Shown here piece after piece: positions 40,501 to 49,178 of a stretch of DNA of 64,000 nt. The position numbers and the translations under genes were made by a program. This stretch comes from a virus (taxonomy: Duplodnaviria > Heunggongvirae > Uroviricota > Caudoviricetes). Each line of letters opens with the position of its first letter. Position 1 is the first letter of the stretch. The notes under the pieces are model-generated. The model worked only from the letters and a program-made list of their open reading frames with translations, was not told where the DNA came from and did no database searches. The stretch lies in the IMG/VR virus record IMGVR_UViG_3300042569_002502; one strand, 5' to 3'.

Positions 40501-43099
40501 TTTCTATAGTTTTTAAAAATACAGAAGACTCTCTATTATAATTATTTATATTTATACCATTAGTTTCTCCTATAGCCTGTACTCCCTCAAAAATATACTG
40601 AGCAACCGCCAGAGGTCTTTGTTTCACTCCTACATTATTGATTATATCAGCACTATAATCATAGCTAGCAATAGAGTTAAAAGAATATGCGTAATTTCTT
40701 CTTGTAATACCGTTAATATAAATTTGTAGATAAGCCTGATAAGCAGTGAATAAAACTAAAGGATCTAATGTTCCTGTTATAGAAGCTATTTCTGTACTAG
40801 AGTTTAATGCATCCTTTTGAGCCTCTTTTGTTAATAATTTATATAAAGCATGTTCTCTAACTTGTACAAAATGAGCCTTTCCGCCACCAAGAATAATATT
40901 TTCTAATTTAAGGACATTCCCTAAATAAGGTTGTCCAAATAAAGTTTCTGGAGAATTAAACACATGTCTGTATTTAGAATCATCAGAAGAAAATCCCTCT
41001 AATTCAGGTGTAATGTAATAATCTGATAATGGTATAGTGGTAGACTCTGTAAATGTTACAGTGCCTGTTAAAGCTATTGGGGTGGATAGAGATGTAATTG
41101 TAATAAGAGTACCAGCAGTCATGTTAGCTGTAATAGGTGTATTTGTGTAACAATCTGTATATTGATATGTACCACTTACACTAGGTGTGCCTGTATACAC
41201 CTTACACTCATCTTTGTAGGCATTACTTTTTGAAAGTATAAAAGGATCTTTTCTAAGATCGTTATATGGGTAGTTTGGATAATAATAGTCTGTCCCCTCT
41301 CTATTGTATTTCCCTACATTCCTTAATATCCCTTTAGATATAATGGATTTGTTTGTACTTCTATCTCCTCTAACAATTTTAAAAGCAACAATACTTTCTT
41401 TTTGTTCTTTTGTTAAATTAGATGTATATATTAATTGAGAAACTTGTTGAATATCTATCCTCACTCCTATTGGGAATATAGCATCATTTTGCATCACTGG
41501 TGAAAAACCTGGTCCTAATGAATAAACAGGACTTTCAAATATAGGACTAACTAATACATCAGGAAACTTATGGTGCCTAATTGGTTGATCTGCTAATTCA
41601 CCCCATACATCTATATTACAAGGATATTTTTCTGTAGATTCCCAATAAGCAAACTCTCCATATTGATATGGACCTTTATATGTAATTTTATTTAAAGCTG
41701 CTAAGTATTCAGGATTAAAACCTGTAACAGATGCTGTATTATAAATTTTCCAATAAGCACTATATCCTACACCACCAGATTCAAATTCAGGGTCTCCAAC
41801 AAAATCAGGGTTTGTTGTAGGCACTAATGGTTCAGAAGTTTCATTAAATGTAATAGCTCTTCCAGGAATATGAAACCCATCTGTTTGTTTTCCATTTTTT
41901 AATAAAAAAACAATTTCAAATGCATACACTTCATCCCTTAAATATCCTCTATAATTAGTGGCATTTAACTCATCAGCGTATGTTTCAGTGTTAGGAATTC
42001 TATAAGATTGCCATTTAAGATCTATTTGATTAGCAATTTGTTGATAGTTAATTCTATCAATAGATGTAAGACCGTCCCACACTAGTACATCCTGCACTGT
42101 TGTAAGATCTTCTGCTATTTCATAATAAGGAAATTTTTCAAAAATGTCATTAATTGTAAGTCTAATTTGTGTTACATTTTGACCAGTGTAGGTAATCTCT
42201 CTACTAACATTATTTATAAAATATGTTCCAACTAATTCTACGGAAGAAATAGCATTAACGGTTTTTATCACTGCTAAATTAAAATATTTAAACAGTCCTG
42301 ATATATCTAAATTAGAGACATTAATTACAATAGATCTTCCCACCGTATAGTTAAAATTTAATGTAGTTTTAGCTGCATCAAAAATAGGTGTTGGATTAGT
42401 AACAGAATAATATGATGTATATGAATTCCCATTAGCATCACAATATTGTATTGCAAATTGATATGTTCCAGCTTGCAACTCTCCACCTGTATTAATATCC
42501 ACCACTTCTAGTTGTGGAATTTCAAAGTTGGGTTGAACATTTAATTTATTACAATCTAGTTCTTTTGTTTCTGTTATTCCACATAAATTAATATTTCCAC
42601 CTAAAGCTATTGGGTAGGATAAAATATATGGTATGTTTTCAATATCTAAATATCTTCTTGGATTTAAACCATCCGTCCAATAAATTTCAGTGGTACAATT
42701 AGTTATTTTATGTACCACTTTATGAATAGGGTTGTCTATATTAAAATTTAGACAAGTGGCAGATACTAATGTATGGTAGGTACAATCATTATTATTCATA
42801 TACCCAATCTCAGAAGCTCCTGAAGATGGATTTGTAAGAAAGAATATATGTTTATTTTTTTCTGGAATAAAATGTGTCCCAATAAGATGATAGTCTTGGG
42901 GAAAGTTTAAGCATAGTTCATTTCCTGGTTCATTTTGATAGTTAACACTGTCACTATCAAAATTCTCTATAGTAGCATTAAGAGCATAAGAAAGCTTACC
43001 CTTTGCTATTTGATTAGCAGAGCTATCCATATCAAGACCAATTCTTGCTAAGTTATACTCTTCTCTTATATTACCAGCGGATTGATTATTTTCAGCCAT
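36410..43099 (-). CDS. giant modular tail protein (2229 aa) with C-terminal delta-60-repeat beta-propeller
   Basis: ATG start. N-terminal approx. 1300 aa is a structural core. Then comes a poly-Thr linker (TTTTTTTVPIP), a Cys-rich module bounded by two CICVG.G motifs, a second poly-Thr linker (37545-37570), and 5-6 repeats of G.FT.YNG...IIRLNSDGTIDSSF (delta-60 repeat). Confidence 0.75.
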   Translation of the reverse strand: MAENNQSAGNIREEYNLARIGLDMDSSANQIAKGKLSYALNATIENFDSDSVNYQNEPGNELCLNFPQDYHLIGTHFIPEKNKHIFFLTNPSSGASEIGYMNNNDCTYHTLVSATCLNFNIDNPIHKVVHKITNCTTEIYWTDGLNPRRYLDIENIPYILSYPIALGGNINLCGITETKELDCNKLNVQPNFEIPQLEVVDINTGGELQAGTYQFAIQYCDANGNSYTSYYSVTNPTPIFDAAKTTLNFNYTVGRSIVINVSNLDISGLFKYFNLAVIKTVNAISSVELVGTYFINNVSREITYTGQNVTQIRLTINDIFEKFPYYEIAEDLTTVQDVLVWDGLTSIDRINYQQIANQIDLKWQSYRIPNTETYADELNATNYRGYLRDEVYAFEIVFLLKNGKQTDGFHIPGRAITFNETSEPLVPTTNPDFVGDPEFESGGVGYSAYWKIYNTASVTGFNPEYLAALNKITYKGPYQYGEFAYWESTEKYPCNIDVWGELADQPIRHHKFPDVLVSPIFESPVYSLGPGFSPVMQNDAIFPIGVRIDIQQVSQLIYTSNLTKEQKESIVAFKIVRGDRSTNKSIISKGILRNVGKYNREGTDYYYPNYPYNDLRKDPFILSKSNAYKDECKVYTGTPSVSGTYQYTDCYTNTPITANMTAGTLITITSLSTPIALTGTVTFTESTTIPLSDYYITPELEGFSSDDSKYRHVFNSPETLFGQPYLGNVLKLENIILGGGKAHFVQVREHALYKLLTKEAQKDALNSSTEIASITGTLDPLVLFTAYQAYLQIYINGITRRNYAYSFNSIASYDYSADIINNVGVKQRPLAVAQYIFEGVQAIGETNGININNYNRESSVFLKTIETRNGNVVTPLPFPDKSPSIAPVGVSLFTDNSRFVASDDDKCSTPSEERHIDVISYYGSMKNIFVNQWGQIYSYDTIDTGFQRNIEIDNILNGQPSIDTVFGGDTFIGKFAFKTKLPLFIDDRVNAPDDSDIFYDEVGNIAYPKYWFSSRSILSDYTPTGGTVMKNIISIKAHNFDCPNSQLPAPTPGPPVVVNPNRTYYDGKMYLYAYGIPYFYVESSINVDLRQAFNNQEGDFYPHVSTGIPDNWLQESVVPIAQDNTYYYNVTYSKQNKENLFSHLPNNWEPKVCFTTFPFRAIYSDQQESFTNSGVNNWLNYSATSYFDFPQNFGKLTSLDGIQNKAVLARFENKSLLYNTMLTVQTSNPQAAYLGNDTLFKSAPPIDFAETDLGYVGSQNKFLLKIPQGQITVDAKRGQIFLITGNQASDLSAFGLGMNKFFTDHLAFEILRYYPTVDTDNHFNGIGLHGVYDSKFDRVIISKFDYIPQSSNIKYDEATKDFYVERVVNGVTFKDVVSLSDTNYFCNKSWTLSFNMNTKSWVSFHSYIPNFYIAENNFFYSGINGGCDLEALAFEELPPTTTTTTTVPIPIDFSFVYTCICVGNGCGRISVGPTGVYPEGYITGGSGEYDINSFPYSSESGAINGVFSLNVTHLQNDEVDNGTWYIAVRDHNNPSNITVKSIEINCSNYPVVLGPSGGTEFEACSLYPEGPTTTYYTTTSSLTVDLTIFYTDPACTIPFNGGTLYYSDGTNYYLIGPEGMLYNFFTCPPPSTINWSLSEADLAGEYFVDGRLYIDYTDVSGNLQTLDVDTPSSGSLAVKENTTFTAWNTSNFRGFNVPVDSSTITITVDGISTNVSGGTITDFSIITATAAPVTTVLSGVYTVAATTSVVVTDLSNCICVGYGGQDTCCEAIAGYNEGCIPDPGCYGSSLTVYSSCGSSFGIGCTVYYDPALEFPVLLFNNKWIYDGTTCWHVGPDTVIDGEGSCTTTTTTTLPAEILTSFNSGTGLNNDAWTVDYDSNNNYVVGGDFTAYNGVTYNRIIRFNSSGVPDPTFTGLTSGFNGRVYKVKIQSDNKILVGGAFTSYNGTVANSIIRLNSDGTIDSSFVYGTGFTGQVRDIDIQTDGKIVIVGAFTNYNGSSANRIVRVDTNGGIDTTLVTGTGINNEAGSVEVLNNGDIIITGANINNYNGTVISKIFKISSTGSFIVNYNLDPSTSAYPTVTHQTIDNSVITVGENNTGSPNYWIVPVKINTDNTINNTFKTNAGSGFGSYLSTSNLGYALSGESNGKIVIGGKFTSYNGNTSGGIVKINSNGTYDNSWPISTGFYTDSSTFVRSIKINEAQNLVYVVGSFTQFNGQTRQRVAVLHLNVAP

Positions 43100-43124
43100 T
43101 TATTAAACTTTTCTGTTTAGATTT

Positions 43125-44054
43125 TTACCCATTTCTTCTCCAACCATATCTAGTCACCCTATTAGGTAACTCATACATATTGAATCTATTTAAATCTTGT
43201 TTTATTCTTCTCTGTTTAGCATAAACATCTTGCTTTTTTATTTCAATATCTGCCATTATAAATGCTTCATCAGACAGTTGTTTGTAATAAACAAGTTTAG
43301 ATTGAATCTGTTGGAATGTTTCATCGGTTAACTGATTAGATAACATTTCAAACACTTTGTATTTAATAAAAGCCTCAACGTATTCTAATATACGATAGTT
43401 ATCTGGAATCATTTGATTTCCATTATTATCATATTCTGTTGCATAAAACAATAAATAAACTACACCATTTCTAAAATTGGTAACAAATTTGTTATCCCTA
43501 ATATCAAACGAATCTGCAGAAGAAGCCCCAATATTTCTACAATCCAGAGAACAATGTTCTTTAACAGAGATATTTCCTGGTTTTAATAAATATTGTTTGT
43601 GGTAGGAAACAGCCACCTGATTATTTGTTTTGTATACAGCTTGAATTAATTCAGGCATGCACTCTCCTGTACAATCTTGATTATTACAATCAACATTTGT
43701 ACAACCAGCTCCTCCGTGTGTAACAGGACTCACTTGAATAGTGGTTTGAGAAGCAGCTTGAGAATAGAATGAATTAGCTGATTGATAAGGGTAGCCAGGA
43801 ATTTCTGTACATAACCAAGCTTCTCTAACAGCATAAAAATTATCAGGTAGTCTTGTCTCAAAATCATGTATATGTAATAGTTGAGGAGTTATTACATAAG
43901 TTGTTCTTCCTAATTTTCTTAGACATTTATCTAAATATGTAGGAAATAAAAGATCATCTACAGCCCCAGTATCAAAATAACTTTTTAATTCCTCTTTTAC
44001 AGTGGAATAAACAGATTCTGGAGATATAAAATTATATTTATAATAATAAGACAT
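43125..44054 (-). CDS. hypothetical Cys-containing structural protein (309 aa)
   Basis: ATG start. Cys clusters (GCTNVDCNNQDCTGEC, CSLDCRN). Basic C-terminus. Confidence 0.5.
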   Translation of the reverse strand: MSYYYKYNFISPESVYSTVKEELKSYFDTGAVDDLLFPTYLDKCLRKLGRTTYVITPQLLHIHDFETRLPDNFYAVREAWLCTEIPGYPYQSANSFYSQAASQTTIQVSPVTHGGAGCTNVDCNNQDCTGECMPELIQAVYKTNNQVAVSYHKQYLLKPGNISVKEHCSLDCRNIGASSADSFDIRDNKFVTNFRNGVVYLLFYATEYDNNGNQMIPDNYRILEYVEAFIKYKVFEMLSNQLTDETFQQIQSKLVYYKQLSDEAFIMADIEIKKQDVYAKQRRIKQDLNRFNMYELPNRVTRYGWRRNG

Positions 44055-44059
44055 TTATT

Positions 44060-44539
44060 TTAAATTTTCCATGATTTGTAAATATGTTGATATTTTTCGT
44101 CAGTTTTTAAGTAATGAGACAACAATCTTGAGGTGACTCTTGTGGGTTTGAAATACCAGAGATATGAATGTTTTAGTCTTGTCGATTCTTTAAACCACAC
44201 CCATCCAAAAAAATAACCTTCTGTGTGATAATTAAAATTATAAATTTTCTTCCCTTTTTCTTTTGTCTTTTGCCAATCAATAGGAAGATTTATATATTCT
44301 TTACCATTATAAATACTAACCTTTTTTCTTTTCTTTTTGTTAATTGAGAATTCACCAAATCCTGAAGGAAGTCTCCCTTTATCCCCTGTTTCTAAAATAT
44401 ATATTTTAAAAGACTCGTTAAAAGAATAAATAATATTCCTCCATTTATCAAAAGATATTTTTATGTCAGAGTTTTTTTTACAAAAATCAACATAATTTTC
44501 TTTACTAGCACTTCTCCATTCTACTTTTACTCTTGGCAT
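44060..44539 (-). CDS. hypothetical basic protein (159 aa)
   Basis: ATG start sharing 1 nt with the upstream stop (TAATG). Lys-rich. Confidence 0.45.
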   Translation of the reverse strand: MPRVKVEWRSASKENYVDFCKKNSDIKISFDKWRNIIYSFNESFKIYILETGDKGRLPSGFGEFSINKKKRKKVSIYNGKEYINLPIDWQKTKEKGKKIYNFNYHTEGYFFGWVWFKESTRLKHSYLWYFKPTRVTSRLLSHYLKTDEKYQHIYKSWKI

Positions 44540-45264
44540 TATTTTCCATTTGGTGCATTAACTGCTTGGCCATCTACATTATCATCTGTAAGATCTGTTT
44601 TAATTCTAAAGTATGTACCTAATAATTTTTGAGACGTAAGTTCTAGTACTTGTTTTTCCAAATAACCAGGACAACCATATTCTTTATCTAATGGATTTTT
44701 ACAGAAATCTTCTGTGTTAATGTTATTTCTACAAGCACATTCGGAAAACATTATTTCATTTGGAACATCTTCTTCAAAAAAAGCAGCAATTCTTATAGCC
44801 TCTAAAAGAGGATTGTTTATATATAAATAACCGTTAGCTATCCAATAATATTGTTCATTTTTAACAATACGTAGTTTTAATAGATTTAAATATCTATTTA
44901 TAGTTATCTCTTTAAATCTTTTTCCTTTTCCTCCCAAAGCATTTATAGACCAAACTCCTTGAATTAAATATTGATAATTTCCTTCAGAAATACGAGGAAG
45001 TTTAAATTTTGTTCTAGCTACGGTGCAAGGATCTTGGAAATCACAACATTCAGAAATGGGCACCTCCACTAACTCTAAACAAGGAATAGTGGTGAATAGT
45101 GTATCTGTAGCCCAAAGTTTTCTAAGATTAGTCTCTCTTTTAACAAGAAGAATAGTGTTGTTTTTTATCTCAGAAGCAATAGCACGATCTGTTATCAAAC
45201 TATCCGTTGATAACAATCTGTGCATACTTCTTACGTCAGAAACTAATTTTCTTAATGTAGCCAT
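44539..45264 (-). CDS. hypothetical Cys-rich protein (241 aa)
   Basis: ATG start. Tightly coupled to its neighbours. Motifs CCDFQDPC and CACRNN...CKNP...GCPGY. Confidence 0.5.
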   Translation of the reverse strand: MATLRKLVSDVRSMHRLLSTDSLITDRAIASEIKNNTILLVKRETNLRKLWATDTLFTTIPCLELVEVPISECCDFQDPCTVARTKFKLPRISEGNYQYLIQGVWSINALGGKGKRFKEITINRYLNLLKLRIVKNEQYYWIANGYLYINNPLLEAIRIAAFFEEDVPNEIMFSECACRNNINTEDFCKNPLDKEYGCPGYLEKQVLELTSQKLLGTYFRIKTDLTDDNVDGQAVNAPNGK

Positions 45265-45266
45265 TT

Positions 45267-46490
45267 TTATATTCTTTCTTCAAATTCACCTATTCTACCT
45301 GTTTCAGTGTCATACATGGTAGCAATAGCAGATCTGATATTGTTTACATAATTATTGTCAGCATGCCATCTATCTGCTCCAGATAAAGAAGGCATTTGTT
45401 GTATTCTCACTCCTTTAATTTCTTTAGCCATATAGAAGTGTTTATCTCCTGTATGAACCTCTCTATATTTAGCATTTCCAAAACTGTAAGCATCTTTTCC
45501 TGTAGCAAATAACAAAGGAAGATCATCTATCTTACAATTTCCATGATGGTATCCTATAAATGTGTTTCCTAAAACAATACTTTTTGTTGTTGAGTGGTTT
45601 CTTTGAAAATGTATATTAGAGTCTTTTTTAAAAAATACTTCTAGTGCGTGGGCAAGATAAAAATCTTTAGTTCTATCATGGTTCCCTTGAACAAGAACAA
45701 CATGCACTTCCTTCGCATTTTCATTTAAAAAAGATATTGCTTCTACAAGAACATCAAATCCAGCCTCATATTCACTAGCATAATCTGCTATCACATCTTG
45801 GGGAGTACCGTTTGTAGTTTGGTTTTGATAATTATCTGTGTGGAAAAAATCATTACCAATAGGAAGTACTATTCTATCTATAGTTGAAACTGCTCTCACT
45901 TTCCCTATCAAATTCTTTACCATTCTTAAAAAAAGATTTTTTCTCTCTTTTAAACAATTTGGACCATCTATCACTTGTTTGGCCAAATGAAAATCTGCAA
46001 TAGAAATTTCTACATCAATATCAAAAAGATGTACATGATTAGATTTATCTAAAGGAACGTAAGATGGTTTATAATTATTTAAAAACTTTGCAAAATCTTC
46101 TGGAGTGTAATCTTTTGGTGCTTTTATTTTGGAAAAAACAGAAGATGTAAATTTTCCATTAGGAAGTCTTTTAGACCAATAGTTGGTTATTACATATTTG
46201 TCTAGATTAATTTTATGTAATTTGGCAAGTTCTATATCATTCTTAGGCTCAAAATCTACAACTATTGTACTTTCTGCTGTCCCTTTTTCTATATTAACCT
46301 TTCTAAAAGCCTCATATTTTTCATTAGCGTCTGTCAAAACTTGAGGAACAGACTCTTTTTCTTTTAATTCTTTTAACAATTCTGCCACTTCTTCTTCTGT
46401 AATTCCTAGTTTATCCGCATAAAAAGCTTTGGATTTTTTCCAACTTAAAAGTTTTTCTAATTGAAATAACAGATTTTGATTTTCTATCAT
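45267..46490 (-). CDS. calcineurin-like metallophosphoesterase
   Basis: 407 aa. MPP signature motifs are present in canonical order: DIDVEISIADFH, GNDFFHTD, LVQGNHDR, GYHHGN and HTGDKH. Confidence 0.7.
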   Translation of the reverse strand: MIENQNLLFQLEKLLSWKKSKAFYADKLGITEEEVAELLKELKEKESVPQVLTDANEKYEAFRKVNIEKGTAESTIVVDFEPKNDIELAKLHKINLDKYVITNYWSKRLPNGKFTSSVFSKIKAPKDYTPEDFAKFLNNYKPSYVPLDKSNHVHLFDIDVEISIADFHLAKQVIDGPNCLKERKNLFLRMVKNLIGKVRAVSTIDRIVLPIGNDFFHTDNYQNQTTNGTPQDVIADYASEYEAGFDVLVEAISFLNENAKEVHVVLVQGNHDRTKDFYLAHALEVFFKKDSNIHFQRNHSTTKSIVLGNTFIGYHHGNCKIDDLPLLFATGKDAYSFGNAKYREVHTGDKHFYMAKEIKGVRIQQMPSLSGADRWHADNNYVNNIRSAIATMYDTETGRIGEFEERI

Positions 46491-46590
46491 AAGTAATAAT
46501 TAGTTAAAATTAGTGTAAAGATAGGGATTTATTTTTATATTTACCAAATTAATTTAACTAATCTAGTTATATAGTTTAACTAAAATGGTT

Positions 46591-46626
46591 ATAAAATAAA
46601 ACCCCCCAAGAAAAATCTTGAGGGGA
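46591..46626 (-). terminator. rho-independent terminator after the 108-aa gene
   Basis: On the minus strand, CCCCUCAAGA-UUUU-UCUUGGGGGG (10-bp stem with one G-U pair) followed by UUUAUUUUAU. It sits 35 nt downstream of the stop at 46661. Confidence 0.6.
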
Positions 46627-46660
46627 GTCCCGAAAACCAATAAACGAGACTTTTAACAAT

Positions 46661-46987
46661 TTATAATGGAAGGGTTGTAGATGTGGTAGTTGTAGGTACA
46701 CAAAATCCTGTTAATGTACAAAAACTCTCTATAAGATCTGTATTTTGAAAAATCATATATAAAGTTTGTCGTGCTATTGTATAAGGATCTAAGGTATTAT
46801 CTAGTTTTTCCAAAGCTACAACAAGACTATCTCCTGTATCCACCCCTGAATTTGGTAAATTAGGGCCATTATATTTAACATCAGTGGCAGCTATTGGATA
46901 GCCTTTAAACCATCCATTATCACATTTTTTTGGATAGAAAGCATTCACTGTATTTTCAAAACAAGGTGTGCCTGGTAAACAAGACAT
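46661..46987 (-). CDS. hypothetical protein with poly-Thr C-terminus (108 aa)
   Basis: ATG start. N-terminus MSCLPGTPC..C. Ends VPTTTTSTTLPL. Confidence 0.5.
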   Translation of the reverse strand: MSCLPGTPCFENTVNAFYPKKCDNGWFKGYPIAATDVKYNGPNLPNSGVDTGDSLVVALEKLDNTLDPYTIARQTLYMIFQNTDLIESFCTLTGFCVPTTTTSTTLPL

Positions 46988-47006
46988 ATATTAATAATTT
47001 AAAATA

Positions 47007-48146
47007 TTAAGGAATGTACATAATATAATAACAAGCTCTTACAGGCTGAATATTTCTATGCCCATTTCCACTTCCTGTATTTCCTACTGATACAGTTGTT
47101 TCAACTTCAATATCTGTATAAGCTTTTTGAGTGGTGGTAGCTGTAGATAAAATAGAACCAGTTCCTTGAACATTTTCTACTCTTGTAATAGGTCTTCCCT
47201 CGTTTGTACTATTGTCATCCCATTGTGTGTAATCAGACACACCCACTTTAATATCTGTAAAGTGGCCTGGATCTGTTACCACTGTATTAACAGTAGTAGA
47301 ATGAGTATGGATAGGAAGCTGTGATGTAGAAAGTGCAATAGTGTTATCACCTGTTGCGTCTCCTAAACCATAATTTGGATTATCTGGATAAGCAGGGCTT
47401 ACAGCAGGATCTAAAGCACCTCCAGGAACTAAGGCAATTGCTCCAACAGGAACTCTTCCTCTCATATCTGGTGTACCATTTAATCCATTACATAAATACA
47501 CTTTATCCCACCCTTGTGCTTCAAAACCAGCTCCTGTAGAATCGAAATAGCTTAGTGGCCCAAAATACTGCATCATAGTATAAGGAACCATTTTTACATA
47601 TTGCTGTGTACTTCCAGTTTGGCTGGCTAGATAAGCAGCTATAAGACTATTAAGATCTGCAAGTTTTACATAATTTGTATCTACGTCAAGAGCTAATGCT
47701 TCAAGATCAACACCGAATTCACATAGTTTTGTTATTACAGCTTGTAACACTTGAGCAGTGGTTGAACTAGAAGTCACTCCAGATAAACAATCTACATCAT
47801 ATGTAGGGGGAATAAGTGCTGTATTAATTACATCCACCTGAGATTGTAAGTCACATGCTGCTTTTACTAAAGCTGTAAAAAGATCTACAATAGTAGGAGT
47901 ACCGCATTCTGGGAAACAAGGGGCTAAATACTTAGTGACTAAGATGCAATAAGCACTTGGATCCACTGTAATATTTATACCTGTTCCATCTAAAAAAGAT
48001 ATTATTTTATCAATTAAAATTTGTTCTACAGAAAGAAGTGTATCTCCTGTTTCTATAGCTAAAATAGGAACATTTTCTCCTGTGTATCTAACACATCTGT
48101 CGGAAATTGTTTCTACACAACCGTTATAACAATTTGAGCAACTCAT
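47007..48146 (-). CDS. tail fiber protein with phage tail-collar domain
   Basis: 379 aa. C-terminal half matches the collar domain consensus: DMRGRVPVG...ALSTSQLPIHTHS...GNGHRNIQPVRACYYIMYI. Confidence 0.75.
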   Translation of the reverse strand: MSCSNCYNGCVETISDRCVRYTGENVPILAIETGDTLLSVEQILIDKIISFLDGTGINITVDPSAYCILVTKYLAPCFPECGTPTIVDLFTALVKAACDLQSQVDVINTALIPPTYDVDCLSGVTSSSTTAQVLQAVITKLCEFGVDLEALALDVDTNYVKLADLNSLIAAYLASQTGSTQQYVKMVPYTMMQYFGPLSYFDSTGAGFEAQGWDKVYLCNGLNGTPDMRGRVPVGAIALVPGGALDPAVSPAYPDNPNYGLGDATGDNTIALSTSQLPIHTHSTTVNTVVTDPGHFTDIKVGVSDYTQWDDNSTNEGRPITRVENVQGTGSILSTATTTQKAYTDIEVETTVSVGNTGSGNGHRNIQPVRACYYIMYIP

Positions 48147-48154
48147 TATTTGAT

Positions 48155-48421
48155 TTATTTATGAATTAATATTTTTATTTTACTAGCTATCATAGCCACT
48201 GTATATTTGCTTGCATAATCAGGATTGCAAAACTTATATGTTAAAATTCTTTTATAATTTAAAAGATCCCCTATAGCAACTTCTGGGATACTATTGTTTA
48301 AAGAAAAAACAATATTATTATATTGATCTTTTGCTAAATCTGTTAGTTTACAATCAATATCAGTTAAAAGTACTGGTATAGTTGTACAATCAATACAATT
48401 GGTTAATCTTGGAGATAACAT
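48155..48421 (-). CDS. hypothetical small protein (88 aa)
   Basis: ATG start. N-terminal C.DC..IPVLL motif resembles the N-terminus of the 379-aa collar protein. Confidence 0.45.
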   Translation of the reverse strand: MLSPRLTNCIDCTTIPVLLTDIDCKLTDLAKDQYNNIVFSLNNSIPEVAIGDLLNYKRILTYKFCNPDYASKYTVAMIASKIKILIHK

Positions 48422-48533
48422 TTTTTATTCTTTTAGTGACTGTTTTAAGTTTATTGTTACAGGCTGAACACAATCCATTTATTAATTGACAGCCACACCC
48501 CACTTTTAATCCACAATTACGACAATTAGCCAT
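48390..48533 (-). CDS. unlisted 47-aa Cys-rich (zinc-ribbon-like) small ORF
   Basis: ATG at 48533, 2 nt after the upstream stop. Translation is MANCRNCGLKVGCGCQLINGLCSACNNKLKTVTKRIKNVISKINQLY, with paired CxxC...CxC...CxxC. It fills the otherwise empty 113-nt gap and overlaps the next gene start by 32 nt. Confidence 0.3.
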   Translation of the reverse strand: MANCRNCGLKVGCGCQLINGLCSACNNKLKTVTKRIKNVISKINQLY

Positions 48534-48534
48534 T

Positions 48535-49140
48535 TTAATAAAAATTATTTATGTAATTATTACCAGAACAACCACAATTTGATTTAATAAAATTGTTTAA
48601 CATTTTGTCAGCCTGACGATATAATTTATTTGCTACATCTACAGCACAATTGTTAGCAGCAGCTATAGCCCCCTGTATAAAATAATATATACTATTTAAT
48701 TGCACTTTTGATTGTGTTTTAATAGCAAGATCACATTCCATCATATCCAACTTCATAAAAGCACTATCAAATTTCTCCTGTAACTGTTCTACACGAATAA
48801 TTGTTCTTGTGACATTGTTTTCATACGCAGGAGCCACCGAATATGTTAAAGTGTAAATACCATCAGGAATAGGTAAAAGAGGATCTCCTACAACGCTAAG
48901 TCCTAAAGAAGCTGAATTAAATACATTAAAATCATTTACATTAAACGGTAAAGAAACTATACCAAACCCAGGCACTGTTATTTCAATAGTGGGTGCAGTT
49001 ACATTAGGAGGATCGGTGGGATATGTTGAAGCATCCGCAACACCAAGAGTTAGTGTATTGTATGTTGGAATAACTAATATATCTAATTTTAAATCTGGCA
49101 TATTCTTAAAATAAATAGTGCCAGAGGATTTGAGATTCAT
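48535..49140 (-). CDS. hypothetical structural protein (about 201 aa)
   Basis: The ORF-track start at 49158 is GTG. The first ATG is at 49140 (MNLKSSGTIYF...). C-terminal CGCSG. Confidence 0.5.
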   Translation of the reverse strand: MNLKSSGTIYFKNMPDLKLDILVIPTYNTLTLGVADASTYPTDPPNVTAPTIEITVPGFGIVSLPFNVNDFNVFNSASLGLSVVGDPLLPIPDGIYTLTYSVAPAYENNVTRTIIRVEQLQEKFDSAFMKLDMMECDLAIKTQSKVQLNSIYYFIQGAIAAANNCAVDVANKLYRQADKMLNNFIKSNCGCSGNNYINNFY

Positions 49141-49178
49141 CCTCTCACCCTCTGGCACAGGTTATATGATTCTACTTA

